A DNA stretch of 64,000 nucleotides from Felis catus (lineage: Eukaryota), in the NCBI RefSeq assembly GCF_018350175.1, contig NC_058369.1, positions 10,356,001 through 10,420,000 of the forward strand, read 5' to 3'. Of this stretch, positions 25,871 to 37,289 are shown in pieces; within the stretch, counting starts at the first letter, position 1; the number at the start of each line of letters is the position of its first letter. A program made the translations under genes and the position numbers. Under the pieces are notes generated by a model. The model did not search any database, was not told where the DNA came from, and worked only from the letters and a program-made list of their open reading frames with translations.

Positions 25871-25994
25871 GAGTCAGTCACCTTTGAGGATGTGGCGGTG
25901 GGGCTCCTCCGGGAGTGGGCATTACTGGACGGTGCGCGGACGAACCTGTGCCGATACGTGATACTGGACAAGTGCAGGACTCTGGCCCCCAAGG
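25871..25994 (+). CDS. ZNF333: ZNF333 first (degenerate) KRAB-A exon [41 protein letters not shown]
   Basis: ttgtag acceptor, gtaagg donor, 124 nt, phase 0/1; VTFEDVAV motif. Confidence 0.9.
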
Positions 25995-26600
25995 GTAAGG
26001 CTGGCATCGGGCTGGTCCTTCTTCTTCTTCTTCTTCTTTTTTTCAAGTTTATTTTTTATTTATTTTGAGAGAGAGAGAGAGAGAGAGCAAGCAGGGGAAG
26101 GGCATAGAGAGCGGGAGAAAGAATCCTAAGCAGGCTCTGAGCTGTCAGCACAGAGCCCGATGCAGGGCTCGAGCCCACAAACGGCGATACCATGACCCGA
26201 GCCAAAGGCAAGAGTCAGATGCTCAGCCGACTGAGCCATCCAGGCGTCCCATGGCTGGTCCTTATATGCAGGTGCCTAATGCTTCTTAAGGGTCGGCTAC
26301 GCGACCAAGGAAGGTATGTGGGTATCTGCAGGATAAGAGCCTCATCCATGGCAGTGCATCCATTCTCCCCAGAGTCAGAACCGCGTGGGTCTCACTGAGC
26401 TTGGACTTGGGCTTCAGGGCTTCATCCCCATGGTGCAGAGAGGAGGGTATTTGCGGTTTGGGCCCTTGTGAAAGAGCTTCGCTGAGTTCGTTGGAAATGG
26501 GGCATGATCACTTTGCTACCCATGGTGGTCGCTCACCGCCAGGAGCTGAAGCCTACTGCCAACCCTCGCTCCCTCTCTGAGCACGGGCATCTTTGTCCAG

Positions 26601-26679
26601 GAGCGGGGACTCCACCACGCAAACCCAGTCTGGGCTCCCAGCTGGGGCCGGGGCAGAGCTGAGGGCCCTGTGGGTGTGG
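26601..26679 (+). pseudogene. ZNF333: Disabled first KRAB-B exon of ZNF333 (GTPPRKPSLGSQLG... then TGA)
   Basis: Similar to recalled human GTPPCKPSCVSQLGQRAE; expected acceptor reads gagcgg, in-frame TGA at 26660-26662, donor gtgagt at 26680 still intact. Confidence 0.75.
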
Positions 26680-28535
26680 GTGAGTGTGTGTGTGGTGCCC
26701 GCCGGGTTGGGGGGGGGGCGGCGTGCTGGGAAGTGTCAGCCTGAGAGCGTTTCAGAGGCCCAAGGGGGAACGAGGCTCTTTGGGGTGACGTTTCTCTAGT
26801 GAGCTCCTTCAGTGTTCCTTCTCTTCTGCTGGCCTTCTTCTCCTGCCTGTCTTTGGTCTCAGAAAAAGATCTGTTTGAATCTCTCTCTTTTAGTTTTTAA
26901 AGTGGAAATACTCACACCATAAAATTCACCCTTTTATTTTTTTTCAACGTTTATTTATTTTTGGGACAGAGAGAGACAGAGCATGAATGGGGGAGGGGCA
27001 GAGAGAGAGGGAGACACAGAATTGGAAACAGCCTCCAGGCTCTGAGCCATCAGCCCAGAGCCCGACGCGGGGCTCAAACTCACGGACCGCGAGATCGTGA
27101 CCTGGCTGAAGTCGGACGCTTAACCGACTGCGCCACCCAGGCGCCCCAAAATTCACCCTTTTAAAGTGTATGCAGTTCAGTGGTTTTTAGTATATTCACA
27201 ACGTGCAGCCATCACCAGTATCCGCCCCCCCCCCCCTCCCTGCCACCTCCATCTGCTTTCTGTCTCTGGATTTGCCTGTTCTGGACGTTTTGTACAAATA
27301 GGATCACGTAAATGTGGCCTTTGGTCTCTCTTCTTTCCCTAGTGTAACGTTTTCCGTGTTCGTCCACACATAGCATGTGTCCCAGCCTTGTTCCTTTTTA
27401 CTGCTGAGTCCTGTTCCGTTGTACGGGTAGACCACGTTTTGTTTGTCCAGTCATCTGCTGATGGGCATTTGGTTTGTTTTCACTTTTTTGGCTCTTGTGA
27501 GTAGTGTTGTGAACATTCACGTACCAGATTTTATGTCTCCAGTTCTGTTCGGTTGATACTTAGGAGTGGAGTGGCCGGGTCATTGACTTAACTTTTTTTT
27601 TTTTGTTTTATCTTTTTTTAATGTTTACTTATTTTTGAGAGAGGGAGAGAGAGAGCACAAGCTGGGGAGGGACAGAGAGAGGGAGACACAGGATCCGAAG
27701 CAGGCTCCAGGCTCCGAGCTGTCAGCACAGAGCCCGACGTGGGGCTGGAACTCACAGACCGTGAGATCATGACCTGAGCGGAAGTTGGATGCCTAACCGA
27801 CTGAGCCACCCAAGCGCCCCGTATACTTAACTTTTTGAGGAACACCAAACTGCTCCCTCGGACAGGCGCATGCACCATTTTACATTCCCACCAGTGGTGG
27901 TAGAGAGTTCTGATTTCTCCACGTTATACCCACACTTACTGTCCAATCCCTCTTTTTTTTTGTTATTGTTTATTTATTTTGAGAGAGAGGGAGAGAGCAT
28001 GAGCAGGGGAGGGGCAGAGAGAGGGAGAGAGAATCCCTAGCAGGCTCCACACTGCCAGTGCAGAGCCAGATGCGGGGCTCGATCCCACGACTGTGAGATC
28101 ACGATCTGAGCCCAGATCAAGAGCCAGACGCTTAACCGACTGAACCACCCAGGCACCCCTCCGGTTCCTCTTTAAATTGAACATTTCTGCTGTGTTCTTT
28201 GTCTAATTGCTTGCTACTTGTTTCTGTGATAATGCTGTCTTACTGGCGACATCTGTCTCCGTCTCCATGGGAAACAGCCTCTCATCCTGGCCCCCCGCCC
28301 TGGTCGCTGCCAAGTTCGTCACACGCCCATAGTCCTCAAGAGCCTCCCTTTGCTCACTGATGCCTTCTTGCCTTTCAGTATTGTCCCCAGTTGAGAGTCA
28401 ATACTTCAAAAACAGTATTTTAAAACAGCGAATAAATAAATAAATGAATACACAAGTATATATTTTGGTCAGTTTCATACCCCTATTTGTTTCTGAAAGA
28501 ACTTAACTTTTTTTTCCCCCCCCAATTCATTTTAG

Positions 28536-28618
28536 ACTGGGACTCTCGACTCAAATCCCAAGCGTCTCCTCCTGTGCAGGATATTTTGGAGGAAAATTCA
28601 TCCCCGGGTTTGCACATG
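28536..28618 (+). CDS. ZNF333: ZNF333 exon (D)WDSRLKSQASPPVQDILEENSSPGLHM
   Basis: ttttag acceptor, gtaaga donor, 83 nt, phase 1/0; aligns to recalled human AWESQLKPEELPSMQDLLEEASSRDMQM. Confidence 0.85.
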
Positions 28619-29350
28619 GTAAGATTCACGAGGGCTTGTCCTTGTTCCCCCTCTCGGGAGAAGGTGAGGAGTACGTGGGTTGCAAATGCACACCAGGGCC
28701 AGGGGGCCGTGGGGGGGCACTTCCTCAAAGACATTCCCACGTCATGTGAAGCCGGTGCCCATGGCTCGTGAATTTGGACAAGCCTTGCCTGTCCCTCGAG
28801 ACCCTTTCTTCCCGGAAGGTTCCCCTGAGTCAACATGTCCGTTAGCGGGAGTCAGACATCGGTCGTGTGCGGTGCGGTTCGCTCCTCAACAGTCACGGGA
28901 AACTCCTGCCTGCTGGAGAAGCCCCAAGGAAGTCGGGAACGGGAGAGAGCCCGCACTGCCCTGGAGCCTGCAGCCCGCCTGAGTGAGGCGCACGTCTGAG
29001 CGCGCTGCAAATGTGCCTCGGCGGGGAGGGGAGCAGCCCTGGGCGCTTCACGGGTGTCAGCAAGGTTGCCCTCATCGCTCACCCGCTGCCAGGAGCAGAC
29101 TCTGCCCGGAGAGTGGATTCGGCCACAGCCCGAACGCCTTCAGGAGGAACTCTCACCTGGACCTGACTGAGACAGCCCTGGGGGACAGCCACCTGACTTA
29201 TGTAAAGGATGTGAGAGCGCTCTCGTGGATCGCTCCCCACTTAGGGGACACGTCGAGATCCCACGCTGGAAATCAGCCCTTGTCAAAGCGTGGAAAAGCC
29301 TTCAGAGCCGGCTGGCGCGTCCCAGTGCACCAGGGAACATACATCGGGCC
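28619..29350 (+). pseudogene. Fossil KRAB-ZNF spacer and zinc-finger exon inside a ZNF333 intron
   Basis: 29201-29279 reads CKGCESALVDRSPLRGHV(+1)RSHAGNQP; next repeat RGKAFRAGWRVPVHQGTYIG; upstream NAFRRNSHL and EFGQA remnants. Confidence 0.7.
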
Positions 29351-31218
29351 CCCCGGCCCCCCATTTTGGCCCTGACTTCCTGCCTCCCCAAACTATAGGA
29401 ATTTCCAAGGTTTGAGTCCCCAGACTTTTGGGGATTTCAAAGGTTAGGGTTCAGGTTTGGATAGAGGGACATACAGAGCCCAGTCTCCCCACCCCTACCC
29501 CCATTCCCATCCCCACCCCCACCCCCACCCCCACCCAAGGCTGGGCCTGTTTGTGCCAGAGTCAGTGAGATCTCTGGACTCCCTCAGTCTGAGCCCCTCC
29601 ACCTCTGTCATGGCTGGTGTCAGTCTCACAGCGTCAGAGACGCCGGCTCAGTGGAGGGGGTGGCGTGGCCTGGATGGTAGAAACCTGCTTCATTCCTTTG
29701 CTCTGAGCGTGCAGAGCCTCAACCCTGCACAGCCTGGTGTGGGCTGCAGGGCAGCGGAAACCCTCAGCCCTGCACGGCTCGCATCAGACCCCAGAGCAGC
29801 TGAGACCACCCCCCCTTCCCTGCCCAGGTCCTCCTCACTGTTGGTTCACGTTTTTGTTTAGGTGGAGAATGTCCTCCAGTAGCTGCTTGGGAAAGGGCGT
29901 GTTGCTTTTGAGGCCCTGAAAATATGTGAAAATATCTTACTGGAGCTGCCGGCTTGCAGGGGCCTCATCTGGCAGGATCGTTGTGGTAACCCCATGCAGA
30001 ACATTCTGTGCATCGTTACAGAGCCCTGGACTAATGCTTGTGCAGTGAAGGAATGAACACGGGTACCCCAGGCCTTCACCCCCCCCCCCCACCATGAGCA
30101 GATGGACCCTGTGAGGGAGGGAGCGAGGATGGCCCACATCTGTCCTCTCCAGTTTCTGTGGGCTCTTTCCTCTTAGTACGGGGTTCCAGCACCTTCCGCA
30201 GAGCTCCACCTTCAGCTCAGAAGCGAGCACCGAGTGTGGGAGAGGAGGGGCTTCTGCTGCATTGAGCCCCAGGAAGCAGGCGGTTGCAGAACGTTCTGAG
30301 CGGGGAGAGGAGGGCCACTCGGACACGCACGTGCAGAAGTTGAGTGGTTCGTCATGAAGACACGTAGCCCGTAAGTGGTACGGCCACGTTTGGAGCTGGG
30401 AGTCCAATCCAGGCCTACTGCAGAGGTGCAGAGGTAGCCACCGGGACCTGCTGCCCGGGGGTCACACATCCTGCCACGCGGCTGAAGGCGCTGACTGTTG
30501 GGCTCGTCCTTCCGGGTTTCAGTGGGCCTTGTCCCGACGACTGAGGCCCCCATGGCGACCCTGAGGCCTCCCTGTCATGGCTAGATAGGCCAGGGGAGGG
30601 CACAAGAGAGCTGGGGACTGCTGGTAGAAGAGTTCCGAGAGGAGGCTGCGGAAGGGGTGTCTCCGGGCTCAGTCCTTCTACCGTCCCAGCCGCCCTCCCC
30701 CGTGCCGTGTCTCCTCCATGCTGTTTCAGGGCATGGGGATGTTAGCTTGTGCGAGCGCTGGAGAAGGGCAGCGTTCAGAGGACGGGCTCTGGATGGCAGG
30801 GCAGATGTAACCCAACTGTGGCCCGTAGGTAGGCCCCGTGATTGATGGATGTCAAATAGACAAACACAGGCTAAGAAAACACCGAACAACGTTCCTATTC
30901 AGAGCTAAGGGCTCCCAGCCTTCCTTGAGTGAAGCACGTTGCAGTGTCTCTGAGGGCCCGTGGCCTGACCTGCAGTCGGGCCCCCCACCCCAGAACCAGA
31001 AAAGGTCGGGTCCACCTTGGCGCCTGTGGCATGATTGGTCCTTGAGACCCTTGGTGGCTGGCGCTCACCGTGGAATAGGGGGAGTCACCGGATCTGAAGC
31101 TGCCAGACCCGCACGCCTGACTTCTCACAGCACTGCCCCCGAACCGAGGGTCCCTCGGGCCCAGAACACACTCCGTGCCGCCTCTGTCCTGCTCCGTCCC
31201 CTCCGTGCCTTCTCCTAG

Positions 31219-31335
31219 GGGCCGGGGCCAGACCTGAGGATGCACATCAGGCCCACAATTGGAGACAGACAGACACCTTCGATTCCAGAAGACCGGCTGT
31301 CTCTCGGGCTGTCATCTTGGTCTTCTGGATATGTA
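31219..31335 (+). CDS. ZNF333: ZNF333 linker exon GPGPDLRMHIRPTIGDRQTPSIPEDRLSLGLSSWSSGYV
   Basis: tcctag acceptor, gtaagc donor, 117 nt; ungapped match to recalled human GPGLFLRMQLVPSIEERETPLTREDR... Confidence 0.82.
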
Positions 31336-32527
31336 GTAAGCCTGGGAGGAGGTTTGCTGTGAGGGCCCAGCCCCAGCCAGAAAGGCCTGGGCTTTGAGAC
31401 TTCTGCAGATGGGGTCGCGGGGGGAGAGGGAGGAATCTAGGACCAACTCTTGGAAACTGGGGACAGGCTGGAGGCCCAGGCTCAGCTCCCCGGCAGGAAC
31501 TACCACATGGGTCCTGGCGTTCCTGTGTCCCCAGGGTGGTGGTGGCCCAGAGCAGGCCTCCAGGAGGAGCAAGCACCCAGGGCCTTGGCCCTGCCTCCCC
31601 TGGCCCAGCTTTTCTTCCTCCATTCCTTCCACTTTTACTCCCACCCTGTCCATGACCGTGAAGCCTATAGGAATGAGTGATCATGTGATCCCAGGGCTGG
31701 GTGGAGAGCCCAGGCTGGTGACTGAGCTCTTGGCCCAGGGTCCTGTGTTTCCACCCTAAGGTGGAGAGAGGATCAGAGAAGGACACTTTAAGGCGTGCTT
31801 TGATTCTTACCCCCGGGGAGAAGGGCTGCCCCCACCTGCCCAGGCCCCTCGCCTGTCCTGAGACACCTGCCACATTTTCTTTCCATCCACCACTAAGTCC
31901 TGGGAGTCCCCTCCCCGCCAAACGTAACTTATCTCTAACTGCTCCTGCTGTCCCCACTGCCACCACCCTGCCCAGAGTTACTGTTAGTTCTCGGGGGCCC
32001 CTGGAACTGCTCCCTACAGGCCCCTGTTCCCACTGGGCCCCACCTTGGACACAGAGTCTAGAGACATCCCTTAGACATACAAGTCAGATGAGACACCTTT
32101 CCTGGGGAAGCAGCCACCAGTGGAGGAGAGTTCAGATCCTTTCTCTCACAACAGGGCTGCCTTCCGAGAATAACTTACTAACTATTCCTCGCGTGTCCAG
32201 GCCCACCTCCACATCGCCACCCCCCCCCCTCCCCCAGCCTGCTGGTCATCTACGCCCTTCTTTGCTCCAGCGTTTCCCCTGCTGCTGGAGGCAACTCCCC
32301 CAAGGCGGCCCCCTCTCCATCCCATTTTGAAGTTGAAATTCTACCACAGGGTTGAGTGTTATACTCATGAATTGGATTGGTCTGGACAGGCTAAATTGGG
32401 CATTGTCCCAATTTTACCATCGTGTGGCTCGGAGCAGGGTCAGTCTTGCAAATTCAGTCAGGGCGAATGGCTGTGAGCACATTCCATCGACCGTGTGACC
32501 CTAATCTGTCCCTGTCACTGTGTCTAG

Positions 32528-32615
32528 GGGCGGAAGGCGGCCGCGCAGATTCAGAGGGTGGCTGTGCCGGTGCCTGCACTGAGTCTCCCTGAGCTGAGGA
32601 TGGTTGGGGATTCTG
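32528..32615 (+). CDS. ZNF333: ZNF333 linker exon GRKAAAQIQRVAVPVPALSLPELRMVGDS
   Basis: gtctag acceptor, gtgagt donor, 88 nt, phase 0/1; matches recalled human GLKAAMQIQRVVIPVPTL. Confidence 0.85.
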
Positions 32616-33134
32616 GTGAGTGAGCACTGGCTGGAAATGGCAGCCCGAGGGCCTCCCGTGTGCTGTGCTGTGTCTGGGAACTTGGATCTCCCGCCTTCAT
32701 TTCCTGGGACAGCAGGCATTTCCTTGCCCCTTAAGGAGGATCCATAAAATCATGTCACCATTCTTTACGTATTCAAGGGGAAAGGTACTTTCTCAGGATC
32801 GTGAGCTGGGATTCTTTCTGTGCGTTGTTGTTGTTTTGTTTTTGGTCTTTGGTCTTTTTGTTCAGAAAGAGTAGACTCCATTCACCTGTGGCTAGGTCCA
32901 GACCTCTTTCTGGGCAAGGTTAAATTCTTCACTCCACAATTATGTTGGTGCTGAATTGACAGTCAAATTTACTCTAAATTGAATATGTTTTAACTGAGCT
33001 TATAAAAAATGAGGTTGAAACAGGCTGCATGTCCTGAGGAGTGGGGGGGAGGGGGGGTGGAATTAATTCCGGAGGACAAGTGATATCTTAGCTTTAATTT
33101 CAAGGGATTTGCTTCCTTCCATCGTGCCTTCTTT

Positions 33135-33843
33135 AAAAAAAAATTTTTTTTTATACATTTATTTAATTTTGAGAGAGAGAGACGGAGCACTAGTCGGGGA
33201 GAGATAGAGAGAGAGGGAGACACAGAATCTGAAGCAGGCTCCAAGCTCCGAGCTGTTAGCACGGAGCCCGATGTGGGGCTTGAACTCCCAAACTGTGAGA
33301 TCGTGACCTGAGCCGAAGTCGGACGCTTAACCGACAGAGCCACCCAGGCGCCCCTGCCTTGAAGTACTCTTCAACGTTTATTTATTTTTGGGACAGAGGG
33401 AGACAGAGCATGAACGGGGGAGGAGCAGAGAGAGAGGGAGACACAGAGTCAGAAACAGGCTCCAGGCTCCGAGCCATCAGCCCAGAGCCTGACGCGGGGC
33501 TCGAACTCACGGACCGCGAGATCGTGACCTGGCTGAAGTCGGACGCTTAACCGACTGCGCCACCCAGGCGCCCCGAGTACTCTTAAGATACTTAGAGTAC
33601 CTCATGCCTTTGAAGTACTCTTAAAAATTTTTTTTAGTGTTTATTTTTGAGAGAGAGACAGAGACAGAGACAAGAGTGCGAGCAGGGGGCGGGCAGAGAG
33701 AGAGGGAGACCCAGAATCCCAAGCAGGCTCCAGGCTCCGAGCTGTCAGCACAGAGCCGGATGCGGGGCTCAAACTCACAAGCTGTGAAATCATGATCAGA
33801 GCCGAAGTCAGACGCTTAACTGACTGAGCCACCCAGGTGCCCC
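33135..33843 (-). mobile_element. Three Can-SINEs inserted in or next to a short minisatellite
   Basis: TSDs agtactctt and ttgaagtactctta. Confidence 0.9.
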
Positions 33844-34129
33844 TTGAAGTACTCTTAAAGTGCTTAGAGTACCCTGTACTTGAAGGACTCTTGAAACACT
33901 TGGAATACTCCATGCTCTTGAAGGACTCTTGAAGTACTGTAGTTGGCCACCCTGTGGTGAGACGGGCCCTGCGAGAGAATCTCAAACAAGACATTGACCC
34001 CTCCCCTGTGGAGCTCACAGTCTGCCTGGGCAGTCAGATGTTTCAGTGAAGACCAGAATATGATGGAAGCATGTAACACAAGGACTTTATCTCGAAGGCC
34101 GAGCGGAGTTTCGGGAAATTTGAAGTCAG

Positions 34130-35695
34130 ACCATGGGTTCTCACCTGCGGCACTGGCGACACTGGGACCAGATCATTCTCCTTGGGGGCGGGGGGCGCTT
34201 TCTGTGTGTTGTGGGGCCTCCACCCACTAGATGTCAGTAGCATGTCCTGCATTAGCCAGCCAGGGCCGCCATAACACAAAGGGCCACAGACTGAGCAGCT
34301 CAAAGAAGAAACATTTGTTTTCTCACGGCTCTGGGGGCCAGAAGTCCGAGATCTAAGGGCTGTGATCTGTTCTGGGCATCTCTCCTTGGCTTGTAGATGG
34401 TTGTCTTGAGTTTTCTCTTTGTACGTGTCTGTGTTCAAGTTTTGTTCTTACAAGGACACCAGTCAGAGTGGATTAGGGCCCACCCAACTGGCCTCATTTT
34501 AGTTTGATTAGACCTCATGTCTGGATATGGTTATATTCTGAGGTGCTGGGTAGCTGAAGTTTTGGAGGGGCACAAGGCCATAACAGGTCCTAGTCGTGAC
34601 AGCCGAAAATGTCTCCAGAAGCTGTGACTGGTCCCTGCCTCTGCCCCCCAAGATCATACGCTGAAGTCCTAACCTCCCATCTGACAGTGTTGGAGACTGG
34701 GCCTTTAAGGAGGTGGCTAAGATTAGTTGAGGTCATAAGGGTTAAGCTCCAATCCCATAGAACTGGTGTCCTTATAGGAAGAGGGAGAGACACCACATTC
34801 TCTGCTGTGTGAGGACACAGTGAGAAGGCAGTTGTGTACAAGCCAGAAAGTCAGCTCTCACCAGAACCCGACCATGCTGGCACCCAGCCTCCAGAACTGG
34901 GAGGATGTATTTTTTTTTTAATTTTTTAAATGTTTTTATTTATTTATTTATGTATTTATTTATTTATGTATTTATTTATTTATTTATTTTTAAAAATTTT
35001 TTTTCCAACGTTTTTTATTTATTTTTGGGACAGAGAGAGACAGAGCATGAACGGGGGAGGGGCAGAGACAGAGGGAGACACAGAATCGGAAACAGGCTCC
35101 AGGCTCCGAGCCATCATCCCAGAGCCTGATGTGGGGCTCGAACTCACGGACCGCGAGATCGTGACCTGGCTGAAGTCGGACGCTTAACCGACTGCGCCAC
35201 CCAGGCGCCCCTGTTTTTATTTATTTTTGAGAGAGAGAGAGAGAGAGAGACAGAGCACGAGCAGGGGAGGGGCAGAGAGAGAGAGGGAGACACAGAATCC
35301 CAAGCAGGCTCCAGGCTCTGAGCTGTCAGCACAGAGCCCGACGCGGGCTCGAACCTGTGAACTACAAGATCATGACCTGAGCTGAAGTCGGGCACTCAAC
35401 CGACTGAGCCGCCCAGGCGCCCCAGTAATTTTTTTTTAAAGTTTATTTATTTTGAGAGAGTGCATAGGAGGGGCAGGAGAGAGAGAGAGAGACAGAGAGA
35501 GGGAATCCCAAGCACTGTCATTGTAGAATCCAATGCAGAGCTCAGACTCATGAACTTCAAGACCATGACCTAAGCTAAAATCAAGAGTCAGACACATAAA
35601 TGACTGAGCCACCAAGGTGCCCCGGAAATAAATTTCTACTGTTTCAGCCCCCCTGTCTGTGGTATCTTGTTATGTAGCAGATCTGACCAAGATAC
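34130..35695. mobile_element. MER20-like fragment, two MLT1 LTRs and three stacked minus-strand SINEs (34910-35623)
   Basis: MER20 ggcctccacccactagatg; MLT1 aaggacaccagtca..ggattagggcccaccc; SINE heads. Confidence 0.7.
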
Positions 35696-36249
35696 CAGAC
35701 TGCCATATGTCCCCTGGGGGACGAGTATTGGCTTAGACTGTGATGCACGATTACTGTATCATTTAGGTTGGCAAGATGTTGGGCTGTTTAGAGAAGGTTT
35801 GGTGGGGAGGATTTCAGGCCTAGAAATGGCATCTGGAAAATTCCTTGGGGGGCAGAGAGGCCGGGATGCCCAGGGCCCCATGGAAGGCTGTGCAAAGGGA
35901 GCAGGGAAGGGGAGCGTGGTGTGAGCTGACTAGAGAGGGTGGGGCTCTGGAACATTCAGCCCTGGAAGCATGAATCCTGGCCTGTGTCCTTAGGCTGCTG
36001 GGAGCCAGGGATGTGTCTGGGTGAGCAGTGCTGTGCATCTGTGGTTTTAGCAGAACCCTCCAGCACCTGGGGGGTGGCAGGGCCTCAGGGAGGGTGGAGG
36101 GGTGTGTGGAGGCAGTGAGGAACAGAGTGGTCGTGGCCTAGGCCCCAGGTGAGTGCGGAGTGGGTGTGGTGGGGTCCCTGAGACCGTACCCGGTCGTGGC
36201 CATTCGCTAGGAAACCCAGGCCTCGGCCTGCAGTCGTGCTTAGGGTGGC

Positions 36250-36700
36250 GATTTATCACAGCGAAGGGACACAGAGCTGAGTCCTTGGCGCATGAGGTGA
36301 AGTCTGGAGGAGTCCAGGCCCAAGCTTCTGGAATCCTCTCCCAGTGGAGTCACACAGGACGTGCTTAATACCCCCTGCAGCAAGCCGTGACAACACATGT
36401 GAGGTGATGTCTACCAGGGGAGCTCAGTAGAGGCTCAGAGCACAGGTTTTCACTCGGGGCTGGTCACAAAGGCACCCTTGACTCTGCCTTGAAGTACTCT
36501 TAAGTCAGGCGTGCACCTGACTCTGGTCAGCATGTCCCAGCCTCCCGGAAGGAAAGCAGGCGTTTGGCACAAACCCCAGTGTTCGTAGAAGGAATTTAAG
36601 CAGGGTGAGCCCCTCTCACCAGTTAAGGTGCTGGGAACCCTCTCAAGATCCGTGTTCCCAAGGGCCGCCAGTCAGGCCTGTGGCGTTAGCTCTTGTCTAC
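36250..36700. mobile_element. MER21-like LTR
   Basis: tcctctcccagtggagtcacacaggacgtgcttaat...gatgtctaccagggg motifs. Confidence 0.6.
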
Positions 36701-37289
36701 ACGGTAGGGAATCGCAGGGTGATTTAAGGCCTGTGTGGGAGGTTGAGTTGAGATAATTTGCCGAGTCCCGTATACTTTCACTTACCAGACAGTCTGGAGC
36801 ATTCCTGTACCAAGTGGGGTGAGGGGCGGTGAAAGGAGAGGGGCCCAGGCTTGTTTTCGCGAAGCTTCCAATCCCACGAAGGTGGCGGAAAATACACACC
36901 TAAGGCAGCAGATAACCACGTGGTACAAATAGGTGAGGGCTGTGAGGAAAGGGGGACGGTCCTTCTAGAGAAAGGAAGGACACTGGGGAGGGGGAGGGGG
37001 AGGTGCTCTGAGGGAGTGACCTTTCAGTGGACTCAGAAGGGAAAGGCCTGATGTGGCATTAGCCACAGTGAGGACAGGGGTAGGAGGAAGCGGAAGTGGT
37101 GGGGGGGGGGTGCTCCCTGTAGAGATGGCAGCACTGATTTTCTTTTTTTGGATTACTTGTTGGGGTCTGGAGAGCGTCAGGGAGGGGTGAGAGGCATGGA
37201 TATCACTTCCTGAGATCAGGGGCACTGGAAAGAGAACAGGCTTTGAGAATGAGGCGATGAGCACATATTTTGGGGAGGGAGGGCACGAG

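Larger units (their letters stand above)
23880..28159 (-). mobile_element. Seven antisense Can-SINEs in ZNF333 5' introns (approx. 23880-24100, 24110-24324, 24860-25069, 26040-26250, 26935-27147, 27600-27820, 27955-28159), plus old L1M fragments ~26890-27940
   Basis: Individual heads and tails visible; the span also contains the exons listed separately. Confidence 0.85.

Noticed and set aside
31247..32330. 239-aa and 189-aa intronic ORFs
   Set aside because: Non-ATG starts, GC-rich, no domains
33355..33940. CRISPR-like repeat/spacer pattern
   Set aside because: Mammalian DNA; the spacers are SINEs and the repeats are a minisatellite plus TSDs
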